Shown one piece after another: positions 37,942-51,334 of a stretch of 64,000 bases of DNA; within the stretch, counting starts at the first letter, position 1, and every line of letters starts with the position of its first letter. The notes beneath the pieces are model-generated. The model ran no database searches and had not been told where the DNA came from. It saw only the letters and a list, made by a program, of their open reading frames with translations. Origin of the DNA: Vicugna vicugna (taxonomy: Eukaryota); NCBI GenBank assembly GCA_013265495.1, contig MU057597.1, positions 396,563 to 460,562 of the forward strand, given 5' to 3'. The position numbers were made by a program, and so were the translations under genes.

Positions 37942-39290
37942 GAGGTCATATTAAAGAGAATGTATCTTCCTACTAAATGGCTTTAGAAATACTAAAACTT
38001 AAATTTTCTTTAGGTGGAAATAAATTTCAGTGTCTTCTGAAGAGTATATGTGTTACAGGCTTTGTTATCTTTCAGCAACAGAAACCAAAGAAAAGAGCTA
38101 TAATACATTACAATTTGAAAATAAAAAGTGAAACTTTCTAATTACCCTTAGAACATACATATAATCAATTTAAAATTATAGTACATTTAGTTATCATATA
38201 CTTAAGTATAATTTCATGAACAAGTTTTGGTTGAAGACATTTAAACATAATTTTCACAAGTGTGGAATAGAGCCGAGTATTTTAAAGAATAGTGTAGTTC
38301 TCATAAACAGATTTTTTTTTTGTTTTTGTCGTTTCTCTTTTTATTATATCTATATGAGATGACGGATGCTTACTAAACTTATTGCGGTAATTATTTTAGT
38401 ACATGTAACTCAGAACATTATGCTATACATTCTAAACCCATACAGTGATATATGTCAAGTACATTTCATTGAAACTCTAGGGAAAAGATGGGTCAAAAAA
38501 AGCAGTAAAAAGAAAGAACAATGCAATTTGTAAGGATTTAAAAAAACATATTCTTAAAGCAATGAGTATTGGTACAAGTTACCACATGCCTTAGTTCTCC
38601 AGGCTCAGATCCCAGGTTTTGTCCCTGAGTCTCTGCAACTGACAGCGTGACCTTCTGGCTAAATGAAGAATAGAAAGGAGAAGCTGTCTTGTAAGTGTCA
38701 ATATGAAATGGCCCATTCTACTGGGGGAGAGTTTTGTATTTTTCATTCTAGTTTATAATACAGAGACAAGTCTAGCTCTTTTTTCCTTAAACAGCCTTAA
38801 ATGAATTCTACTTGCAGGAAATACCCCGGGATTCAACCACGGCCCCACGGCAACCACTTGGAGACCCACGGTCGCAGCCACTGGATTGCTTGAGCCTCAG
38901 GAGCAAGACATCTTAGTCTCCAAGTTTAGCAGCCCACAGTACTGTGAGATTTTACTTTAAAACTGTTCCAGGGTCAAGACAAGGGGAAGCACCATCTGTG
39001 CACCCTCCCACCTCCGCCTGGGGATCCCTCCTTGCCCCACCCTTACCGGAAGGGCTCCGCCCAGGCCCCGCCCCAGAAGTCCCGCCTTTAAGTCCCCCGC
39101 CGGCAGTTTCTTCTGGAAAGAGAAGTGGGAAATGCCTAGGGAGGGCTAGCCAGCGGAGCATGAGTTTCTTCTTTCTAGTATAAATCTGTGCTGCGCGGTC
39201 CCCCTTCCTCCGTCCTCAGGGTGTGGGAGTCACTGCGGACCAAAAGCCCCATAACCCGGCCATGTAAGTCCTGACGGCGCAGCCTCAGGT
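37942..39290 (+). pseudogene. Promoter module copy C with orphan exon 1 (relic of a deleted or partial KZFP duplicate)
   Basis: Collinear with copy B through ctttctagtataaatctg...ggagtcactgcggacc...gacggc; homology stops at ~39290 at an LTR-like fragment (ggagtttggagctgagaaaggtttattg). Confidence 0.75.
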
Positions 39291-41106
39291 GCCACTGTGT
39301 GTGCGGGAGACATAGGCCAACCAAACAGAAACGGAGTTTGGAGCTGAGAAAGGTTTATTGGGAGGCTGAGTAAGGAGTAATACAGACAAAATTTCAGAGA
39401 ACATTTTGTTTTTTACTATTTTTTAGTATTTTAACTTTTAAAAGTATTTTTAGGTTTTTTGTTTGTGTTTAGTATTATGGGTTGCAACTGAAGAAATCTT
39501 GAGATGCACTATGAAAGATATAAAAGAATTTGGAGTGTTTCCTTGGTTGATGTGGGGTTCTCACTGGGGCACATTTATCATTCGAAACATCTTTTATCTG
39601 CAGTGTTTGGAGATGACAGTGTGTGATCTGTGATCACTGGGAATGAAAGTATGGTGTTTTGCATCTAGGTGTTCCTTGGGTGCCTTTGTACATATTTTCC
39701 CCTTAGGCACGATTTAGTAGAGTTTGGGGTGTTTTCTGGTATTTTATAGCAGGATGAGTGGATATGGGTTTTATGGAGACTTTTGGATTCCATGAGCGTT
39801 TGTAAGTTCCCTTGAGTCTATAAGGGAAGTTATGAGCACTAAGCTTCAAATGGCAGAAGGTTTTCATTAGAGGGACTCTGCTAGGTGTGTCTGTGCACCC
39901 AGTTTCAGAAGGGCCATTGAGTTCTTTGATGCAGGGAAAGATTGTTCCAAGAATCAGAGGGCAAGCAACACCATAGGGATCTGCAGTCCAGAGGCTCATA
40001 TACTTGGGAAGATGTAGGTGCTACTTTCTTGCTGCCAAGTCATTACTGGTTCCTCTCCTTTCCTTAGCTGTCTCAAAATGTGCACGTGTGCACAGAAACA
40101 AACACCCACATACACTCGCACACATGCACAATACAGAGAAAAGGGAATCCTTGTGCTTTGTTCTTGGGAATGTAAATGGTACACACTTGTGAAAGTACTC
40201 TCTCGCCTCACCGGAAGGGCCTCTGTCTCACTGGAAGGGTACTGTTGACTAACCTTTGTGATTTCACACTCTAGGGAGGAGGCTCCTGGATCCGCACGTT
40301 GCAGCTAAAGAAGGCATCGAACCCTGACTGGACCTGCACAGGGCCTGGCGACCTGAACGTAAAGCTCACTAGGGTCTGAGGCAGATGACATCTGAGGCTG
40401 GCAGCTCTCCCGAGATGTCTGGACCAGGCCTGCATAACTTTCTTTCAGTGCCACCTCTTACTTTGTTTTCTCCGTCCCTTCCATGGAAGGACAGCGCCCT
40501 GGTTTATAATTCCCAAGCCCTTGTGAAAGCGGGAAGCCTGATTCCTGGATTTGCTACCGGAAGCCTCAGTCTGCCCAGGAAGCAGTGGCCGTTGTTTCAC
40601 CCTGTAAGTAATTTCACGGGGGTCCCAGTTGCTGTTGTCTGTCGAAATTTTTCCAAGGAGCTGTTTAATTTATTCTTTTTGAATTAATTCTGAAATTATA
40701 ATCCTGAAGCATTTTAAGATTCAAACTTTGCTAGCACTTGGATCAATCTCCAAGAACCCCTTCAATGAGGATTTTATTCAAGTATATTACCAGCAGGCAT
40801 GGGTTGGTTAGGGTCTCAGACCTCCAGTCTTTTCCACATGCTCAGACCATGGCTAAAGAATTATTTCTCTTTGCTATATAGTATTGCCGTTGGGTTACTT
40901 TTCCAGACATGTCCACCTACCAGATTCCTGATGCATCTAACTATACAGAATGGCTCTCAGTCTGAAACAGGAAATCCTCATTGACTCCTTTCTGCTGCCA
41001 AACTTGAGCTCCATATAACAATCCTAACAAACAAAGCGTGAGTGTGAGGGAGGAAGCCAGACCCTGAGATCTGGGGTAGTGTTCCTGTGACCTCATCTCC
41101 CCAAAG

Positions 41107-41395
41107 ATTTTTTTTTTAGCAGTTCTTTTACTATTTTATTTTATTTTTTAATTGAAGTATAGTCAGTTCAAATGTGTCAATTTCTGGTGTACAACATAAT
41201 GTCCCAGTCATGCATATACATACATTTATTCATTTTCATTGAAAGTTATTACAAGATAGTGAATATAGTTCCCTGTGTTGTTTATCTATTTTTATATATA
41301 GTGGTTAACCTTTGCAAATCTCAAACTCCCAAATTTATCCCTTCCTACCTCTTTTCCCCCCAGTAACCATAAAATTGTTTACTATGTCTGCAAGT
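41107..41395 (-). mobile_element. Short young L1 3'-end insertion
   Basis: ttaattgaagtatagtcag...tgcaaatctcaaactcccaaatttatcc; cccaaaga flanks at ~41100 and 41396. Confidence 0.8.
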
Positions 41396-41879
41396 CCCAA
41401 AGAATTTCAATCATCTTTTCACTTTGAGTGGCAATGGCAGTTCACCCTTGAGACTAGGAACTGGGAATTGCTTTGAAAAAATTATTTTCCTGAAGCTATT
41501 GGGAATTTCTAGTAAGCATATCCAAAAGGGGGAAACTTCCTTTTCCATTATTCCTGGAGGCAGACAGAGTTTCACATGGAGGAAGGAGGAAATACTGAGG
41601 TCTGAGCCAGGGAGGACTTGCAGAGAAGCACACATGTCTCAGTGGCTTCTCTGCATCCCTGAGAACTTCTTTTACCTCAGATCTAATTCCTTCTGAAATC
41701 TCTGAGGATTCCTGAAATACCATCATCATATAATTTATGGGCAAAGAAACAGAATCACACCATCAGGGGTTTTCAATTTTTAAAATTTTCAATCAGTTCA
41801 AGGAATTTTTAATTTTTAAAAAATACAAAAGGAGCATGATGTCAGTAATTGAGATTAGAAAATATATGCCCCTTTTCTC

Positions 41880-43200
41880 CAACTCAGTACAAAGCAGCTG
41901 GGAAGCCTAGATGAAATGGACATTTTCTAGGAAAATACATTTTACCAGTATTGACTTCAGTAGAGATAGGAGTCTAAACAGACCAATATCCATGGGGGAG
42001 ATGGAGAATTTTGTGAGTTCCACACAAATAAAAGCACCAGGATCAAGTTAACAGGCAGATTCGTCCATTCTCTTAAAGAACAGATAAGCCAGTGCTGTTT
42101 ACTCAGTTCAAGCATTAAAGCAGAAGTAAAATTTCCAAATCATCTATATAAATCAAATAAAATACTGAAATGTCCTAAAGGCTGTACCAAAAAAGAATAG
42201 TAAAGAAAGGTCTCACATCTGCCTACAGATGGCAACATCTAAAATAAAATATAGGAAAATAATAGATGATGACCATGTGAATTTTATGTCTGGAATTCAA
42301 GTGTGATTCAGTCTATTAATATTCGGTCATCGTATTTATGGAGATAAAGAGAAGTCAGGGAATCTTACTCATAGTTACAAAAACATCTATTTGCAAGATT
42401 TCAGCATGTATATGTTAACTTAAAACATTAGAAATCAATGCATTTTTTTCTAACATGTCAAAATGAAGTTTTTACCTTGCTCTTTGGGAAGCACTAAAAA
42501 TATTCTACTAAGGTCAGAAAACCCACACTAAAAAAAGCATATGATCAATCTCATTGTGTTGGAGGTTTAGCCAGGGCAATTAAAAATGGCATGAGAATTG
42601 GGAAGAAAGATATGAAACTATGTTTGCAGGTGATGCAGTCATACATCTGGAAGCACAAAGGAATTGACAGAAAATCTACAAAAAATAAATCAGGAAGCTC
42701 AATATAAACATATAAAAACAATAGCTCTCATAGGTACAAAAACCAATCATTTACAAGATAATAGTGTGAGGAACTATAAATAGAAATGCACAACCTGAAA
42801 TTAAATAAAATAATTGGGAATAAATCTAACAAACACTTGTAAAACCTGTGTGAGGAAAACTATAAAATATCCCTGAAATATATGAAAGTAGTTACAAACA
42901 AATGGAAATTGACATCATGTTCTTGGGTAGAAAAACAGTATTATAAACTTAATTTGTTCTGGATATAGACACTCAGTTTCTGAAGCTAGCAATGTTTGGG
43001 GAAAAATCTTACGGGACAAAGAACAAGTAAGAATAGCCACAAAAGGGAAACAAAAAGAGGGGTGGCTGTCGGTAGGAGACATGTTTATTCGTAACTGATA
43101 GTTCAGTGAAGCTAAAAATTCAGGAAAATGCAACAGTGCATAGAAAAAGTAAGTAGCAAAAACCTACAAGGAGATAACAATGTATGCAAGATGCAAATTC
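41880..43200 (+). mobile_element. Old L1M ORF2 remnant
   Basis: cctagatgaaatggac, aaagcaccagg, tttgcaggtgatgcagt (FADD-like) and aacaaatggaaattgacatcatgttcttgg motifs. Confidence 0.7.
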
Positions 43201-43559
43201 CTATCACAATACAGTAAGTGGTCTTAATTGTCCCATCCTATAGTAAGATAAACGTCAAAGGGTAGAAAATTATTAAAATATGGTTGCATTATTTAATAAG
43301 GCTTGGTTCTCAAACATCTGACTGTAGCAATTACTTGCTCACAGTCTCCAAAGGAGTCCCTCAGACAGTGACAGGTTCAGGGTTGAAAAATTTCCTCAGT
43401 GATTTCTGTTGCTTTTTTTTTCCCGCAGTGATTTTTGACGCCTCCAAGTGAATGTGGAACAGAAGTGAAAATTATGCTCTGGTGGGAAGTTGGCATAAAT
43501 TTGCACATCCTGTACTGGCACAGCGTTGCATTTCCTGTCACACTCCAGTTTCCATCACT

Positions 43560-44420
43560 TACTCTAAACCTCCGGCTTTCGCTTAATTAAATAAGAAGCT
43601 GTAACGGCCTGGGGTCCCAGAAGGTCCGGGGTCCAAGCACCGCCCACAACCCCGCCCCCAGGTCCCGGCGCTGCCGCCGCCTCGCCGCTCAGACGATCCG
43701 CTTCTTCGTCCGCTCGCCCGGCAGCTTTCACGTAAACCGTTCTCAACTCCCCGCTTCCGACATAAGCGGCCGCGCATCTCTAATTCTGTACCCAGCCAGG
43801 CGCCAAAGGGCACTGGACACGTTCAAAGGATCCAACTAAGAAGCAGAGCCTGCGGGGAGTGAAGGGGAACCGACAGAAACTTCCACGGAGGGTCTGAGGG
43901 CCGGAGGCGGCGCCCGCAGGCTGAGCCCCACCCTCTACGCCGCCTCCACCCACCGAACGTCCGAGCCCCGCCCCCAGCGGCCCCGCCCCTGAGCCGCCCT
44001 GGTGCGCGTGCGCGCACGCACCTGCAGGCCCGGAAGCGGTTCCTGCGAAACAACGGACGCGCTCGGGCGAGTGGGTGTCGGTTTTTCTGGTGAGTACGCT
44101 GTGCGGGCTTCAGGCCCCGCTTCCCCACACGCGGGTTTCGGGGGTCTCCCGGTAAGTTAAAACCCCTGAACGCGCTCGTCGCTTTCGATCTGAGCCCTCC
44201 ATTTTCGGCGCTCGTGGTGTCGCCAGAAGACTCGGTCCAGTTCCGGAGTCTCAGTCCGGGTAAACCCGCTGTGAGGCAGGCACCAGCCCCAACTTTGCCT
44301 GCGGTGCTTATAGACATTGACCTCCTGCAGCGATGTTTTCCTGCTCTGGGCTCCCTTCCTCCCCTTCTCAAACCTTTCTCTGACTCCCGACTTCCCCACC
44401 CCCGTCCCCGCCACCTCCGC
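43560..44420. promoter_or_regulatory. CpG-island promoter of gene 3 (possibly bidirectional); non-coding exon 1 ending at 44089
   Basis: Very CpG-rich; GC boxes at 43651 and 43981; NRF1-like TGCGCGTGCGCG at ~44003; ETS CCGGAAGCG at 44030; donors G|gtgagt (44090) and G|gtaagt (44152). Confidence 0.85.
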
Positions 44421-45421
44421 CCAGTTCCGTTGTGCAAAGTTTTCCCTCAGGAGGTGGGTGTGCGCCCTTCACCTCTGAGGAGAGCAGAGGGGGAACCGAG
44501 AGGCAGAAACAGATGCCGTTAGTGAAGCGTCAGAAAGTTTGGGGAGAAAAAGCGACAGGGATTGAAACCGATACTAACAGAGTGGGGCCAGTCTGTAGGA
44601 GGAATGGGGTGAGGCGGGGGAAACAGAATGATGCATGGAAACAGGAAGAAACACAGGAATGGACAAAGAGGAGAGAGAGAGAGACATATACAGAGAACAA
44701 AGCACATAGTGGTGGAGAAAGCGGGGTCCTAAGCCCAGGTGAGTATTGAGTTGATTAAATTCGGAAGATTAAGTTTGAAGTATTAACTTGTGTCTTTGTA
44801 AGATATATTGACTTGTTTAAATCATGCAGAAGAGATGAACGTTACAAAACCCGGGGTTTGAGGCATCTGCATTTTCTAATTGTTGCATCAGACGATAACT
44901 CGGTTCGCAACCCTGATTCATCCAGAAGGCAGAGACTTAGTTTCAGGTCATTCTCTTCCCTTTCAAGAAATGGGGGAAGGATTTCTTTCACCACATGGTG
45001 CTTTTTGAAACGACCATTATTAACAGTACTGTTGCCATCACCCTCTTTCTTTTGTGGCTCCTATTAGTCTTTTCTGAATCTGAGGGATCCTCACATTTGT
45101 TTTAATTTGAATCTCAGAAGCCATTGGATATGTTTTAAATTTCCAAATTATTTTCCCTCTAAATGTTATTGTTCAGATTATGAAGTTTTTATGCTTTTTA
45201 CTCTGTCCTGTATTGGATCTATTCTTCGATGTCTGGTAAATTACTATGTACGTGGTAAGGATGTTGATCATGTTTTAACACTCAAAACCTGATTTAACTA
45301 GTTTAATATTCAGTAGCTTTTTTTCTTTCCTTAAGTGATCTGCTAAATTAGTGAGCTGTGAGCTGAAGTGTCCAACCAAATAGATTTTCCCCTTAAGTCC
45401 CCTTTGTCCTTTCTGTGCAGA

Positions 45422-45908
45422 TGTTGAAGGATGGGCTGGATTTATTACCCATCCAGGTTCTTGGACCCTTTAGTCAATAGAAATTGTTAACAGGCCAGAC
45501 GAGGAATTAAGGCAAAGCTTTATTGGGAATTTATTGTGTTGCAGCACAAGTGAGCAAGAACAAGAAACAGGTGCTGTTGTTCCCCGAGAGGGAATGAGCT
45601 GATCCCTTAAATAGGGTGAGGGTGGGGGCAGATCGGTGGGTTGGGCTGGAGGGGCGGCTTAGGCGGTCTGCCCACCCCCTTGTGGTGCAGTGTGCAGGGA
45701 TCATGCGCAGTGCCCTGCTTTTGCTCCCAGTACCTCAGAAGTGGCAGTTGGGTTTTGGCCTTTTAGTATCTCGTTCATAATTTGCCCCAGCTATGCACGT
45801 ATGAAGTTATTTTTAGTCCTGTGTAGTTTCTTTGTATTCTGTTGCTCAGGAGCCATTTGTCCAGGTGCAAGCACTGCAGTAAAGGGTCCCAGATCCCAGC
45901 CTGTCTGA
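45422..45908 (-). mobile_element. Solo ERV LTR
   Basis: Starts tgttga; minus-strand AATAAA (ctttattg at 45518) and TATA-like cttaaatag; ends cccagcctgtct. Confidence 0.6.
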
Positions 45909-46956
45909 GATTGATGTGAATCTTTGTTCTAACAGAGCCCACGTGGTCATGATGATGAACTGTTCAGAGCTGATCTCCATGTGTGACCCTCTTTTGTGTT
46001 ATGAAGTAATAACTAATTGTAATTTTGTATTTTTTTATTATAATGTTTTCTGGAAAAAAGGAATTAAATGTTTAAATGTGATTAAACCCCTGAAAGAGAA
46101 GCTTCTCTTGCTCAGGAAGGTGAAAGGTAATCTGGAATTAGGACAAACCCTTTCCACTTAAACCGAGCCGGGCCGCCACTGCACCGGGTTCTGCTCACCC
46201 AACTCAGACTTCTTCAGAGTAATTTGGTAAAATTACTCTGCCTCCGAGCCTCAGTGAACCCACCTGTAACGTGGAGAAGATAGGGTAGACCAATTTGCCT
46301 GGTTATAATTAAAATTTCAAACTTGTTCCAGTCTTCCAACAATTATGAAAAACACCTAAGAGAGAGGCAGGGGCCGGGGCCCAGAGACAGAGGAATACCT
46401 TTCCTCAGCTTGTCTACTATCTCTGTGTCATGGGTAAATCATACTCTTGGCATTAAATCCTTTTTTGGTTTCCCATCACCCTCAGGACAGAAATCTAAAT
46501 TGCTCAGTACAGCTCTGGCAGGGAGTTCTGGAGGCAGGGTGCAGAGTTGCTCCCAATTCACAAAAGGGACAGGCTTCCATATCCTGTATCAGCCAGTCAT
46601 TGGATGCTGGCTGCCTGTAATGGAGCCAAGAACTTGAGGAGGCAGTTTCCTATGGTTAAATGCCCAGTGGACAGAGGCCAGTGCGGCTGCAGTGGCGTGG
46701 CAGTTTCGGCAGCAGGGTGAGCTTCCTGAAGGAGTGGGTGAAAAACTAATTCGTCTCCGTGTAGGAGTTCTTGTTCCTGCACCCCTTCTGTTCCAGTTGG
46801 CAGCCTCGGACTGTCTTTCTCCCATATAGAGGTACTCTGAGATTTTTGTGGCAGATTAGGGGGGTGTGTTGATTCTAAGCATTAAACAGCATGTTTTGGT
46901 CACACAGACTAATCTTACCTGAGCAAGAAACTCAGAGGAGGAGGAAAGAAGAAGGA

Positions 46957-46971
46957 ATGGAGTTTTCACAG
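46957..46971 (+). CDS. KRAB-ZFP gene 3, first coding exon (MEFSQ); exon ~46908-46971
   Basis: Paralog of the gene 1/2 ATG exon (gattctaagcattaaa branch region, purine-rich exon); acceptor cacag at 46903-46907; donor CAG|gtaaaa at 46972. Confidence 0.8.
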
Positions 46972-47259
46972 GTAAAAATCATATGTGTTGATCTGTTATC
47001 TCTTTCCTAAACTGACACAGTTTGGACTTATTAATCTTCTCTGTCTCTGAAATGTCCCTGCTAAAATATTTACTCTCATGCAGGGCCTTCCCTCAATCTC
47101 TTCTCATCTCCCTGCAGATCCCACCTCACGGTGACCCAGTGGCATGGAACTGGGGAAGAGTCCCCTTTAGGGGGTCATCCTTTGAAGGGAGGGCTTCCAC
47201 TCCCGACGTCATATGTTACTGCAGACTCAGGGTAAACAAAGTGATCAAAGCGAAAATCT

Positions 47260-48085
47260 GAGAGTCCGCAAATAAACTCATTCATCTGTAGTCTATTTTT
47301 TTATACAAGACTCCCAGAAACATCCAAGGAAAAAGAGTACTCGCTTAAATGTTACTGAGACAGCTGGATATTCATGTGAAAGAACGAAACTGAACCTCTA
47401 CCTGTCACCATATAAAATAAAGGAATTCAAAATGAACAAAGACTAAATATAAGACCTAAAACTATACTACCCTTAAATGAAAGCATAGGTGTAAATCTTC
47501 ATGATGTGGACTGGCAGTGGATTTGCAGATATGACATTGAAAGCAAAAGATAAACTAAATAGAGAAGTTGAGCTTCACCAAAATTAATAATATTTGTACG
47601 CTGAAGGATACTGTCACAAGTGAAAACATAATCTACCAAGTGGGAGGAAGTATTTCCAAATTACATATCTGGTTAGGGTCTATTATGTAGAATATGTGAA
47701 GAACTCCTATACTTCAGGAACCAAAATACCAAGAACCCAATAATAAAATGGTCAAAGAACTTTAATAGACATTTCTTCATAGAAGATACAGAAATAACCA
47801 ACAACAGGGTGGGAAGGGAAAAATTTGGGAGTTTGAGATTTGCAAAGGTTAACCACTATATATGTTCTGAGACAGAAAGCAGTAGTGAACAAGGACTGAG
47901 GGAAACTGGGGAAGAAGGAAGCCACTGCTGATTGGGTAAAGGATATCATTTGGAGATGATTAAAATGTTTTTGAACTAGATAGAGGTGATGTTTGTTCAC
48001 ATTGTAAACGTGCTCAAATGTACTGAATGATATTTTACAAGTGGCTGATTTTCTGATAAGAATTTCACCTCAGTTAAAAAAAATT
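47260..48085 (+). mobile_element. Old L1M ORF2 end / 3' UTR
   Basis: agctggatattcatgtg, gactaaatataagacctaaaactata, gaatttcacctcagttaaaaaaa. Confidence 0.7.
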
Positions 48086-48214
48086 AAAGAAATGTAACTT
48101 GCTCAGAATTACCTTAAATGGATCAGTCAGAGCATTTACTTCAGCCAAGTCAATCCTAACACATGTCGGCTTCTGTTAAGTTTGTGTCAAACTCAGAACT
48201 TGCCCACATCATGA

Positions 48215-49420
<1,206 letters not shown>

Positions 49421-51334
49421 CAAATCCCTGTTCCTAAGAGAGTAATTGAAAGCATTTGGATTCAGAATGGAAAGGCTTCACAATGTGGCTTATGGACTCT
49501 TCTTTCTTCAGAAGTTGTGCACATGCTTGATTAGTGGTGCTGAACAGCAGCAGTCAGAAAGCGTTATGGCAGATTTAAAAAACATCTCATTCTGTAGTTT
49601 TGCCCTTGAGCTTTCGATTCAGTCATTCTTGGAAGAGAGCTAGATGTCTGCACACTTAAAATCTAAGCATTCAGGAGGCAGTTGACTAATTTTTGAAATA
49701 CTTCTCTAGTTCCATCTATAATGTCTTTTCTTCTTAGCTGAATGAAGAGCTGAGTATAGCATGTCATGTTCTCTTGTTCTGTATAAATTGAAATCTCTTT
49801 GGAGATGAATATTATTTTCATACAAACAAAGGAAAGGGCTCTGATCTGTGGAAAGTGAAGTGAAAACGGAAAAATAAGGTGAGAATGTATTTCAGTGGGA
49901 ACACAAGTAAGAGCTTGGATGGGCATGAGCAAGCTTCTCCACTCAGTGTTCTTTGAGAAATTTCCCTCAGATGGGAAAGATCCATGACAGAATAAAAACT
50001 TAATTTCTTGTGAGTTATCAAGGGGAACTTACACCCAAACTTGAACATTTATCACTCTATTATTCAAATACCTAAAAATTTAAACTCCCACTCTTCCATG
50101 ATATTGCAGCTCATTCAAAGCCAAGGCAAAGGCTTTATCATGACCTACAACACTGTTATCTGGCCCCTCCTTCCGTTTTGACATCTTAGTTTGAGAGGGA
50201 TGGAAATGGCTCTTTAAGGAGTCCTCTTTCTCCTTGATCTCTCTTGGCTTTCAGTTAACACATATCCGAACTACGTCTTCTGTAGGGCTGACCCAGAACC
50301 TATTTAGTTTCCATTCACATTTTACATTTTCGGGAGAACTTCTCAGGGGCTAGACAAGCAAAAATAGCTGCTCTTCCCTTGTGTCTGGGGTTGGATGAAA
50401 CTTCATGGGGCTATGTTGGGCCCTTTCGGCCTGTGGAGGCCCCTTAGCCATTTTTCAGTTCTTTTAGCCACATGTGTGTAAAGAGGTATGGGGTGGACTT
50501 TTTGAGATGGTTACTCAGCAGTAATACAAAAACTAGATACTGCGGTCCTCTGTGATCCCAGGTGCTGCAGGGCAGCCTCTCTCAGTCTTTCACCCCACAG
50601 CCTGTGGGCAGAGCACACCACCCCTTCTCAGGAACACCACAGTTTGACTCTTATTTTATTTCCATATCTTGTATTTTCCTCCCTCCTCCAGCTCTCTGCC
50701 TGGTCCTGGAACATAGAAAGACTGGTCGCTCTGATTTCTTACTCTTCTGACATTTTGCCTCTGAAACTGGCTTTTGAAACACACATTTCAGGGGACTAAA
50801 CTTTCAACCGCTTTTTCAGCTGTGATAACCAACCTTTAGTTGGTAGGCACCTTACAGTGGACACTTCCATGGAGGGGGTTTACTGTTGAGAAAGTTCTTG
50901 AAGGAAAGCACAGACTAGTACGTTACAGTACTGTCTTGCTCTGTACGCAGCAGAGTTTCGTGAAAGCACTGGGCAGATGGTCAGCGTGTCCAACATACTG
51001 AGACGGAACGTGTAGGGGAGCCTGACTACTGAGGGCCTCTAGTTGTCCCTCTAGCTCTTGTGGAGTTTAACAGTGCTGCCTAGGGCAGGGTGACAGCGTG
51101 GGTGAGACATAATATGGTCACCTCCTTTGAGCTGGCAATAAAAGGTGTAGGAACTTACCCTAAGGAGAACGCTGCCCAAGTTCGCAACCTCATACCTGTG
51201 AGACTGAGTAAACTGCTGTTCATGCCGTGTTGTTCCCATGTGTGCAGTATTCTTCATTCACTTTCAGCAAATATGATTTTGACATGTCTTATTGAGGAAG
51301 CTTATAAAGTTAAATGATGCTGACTTTGTTTCTT

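Noticed and set aside
40230..41100. Possible ERV leader / env-end remnant
   Set aside because: Only vague resemblance; no diagnostic motif I can cite.
43564..44749. Several 60-204 aa ORFs
   Set aside because: Low stop-codon density in a GC-rich CpG island; Arg/Gly/Pro-rich with no domain.
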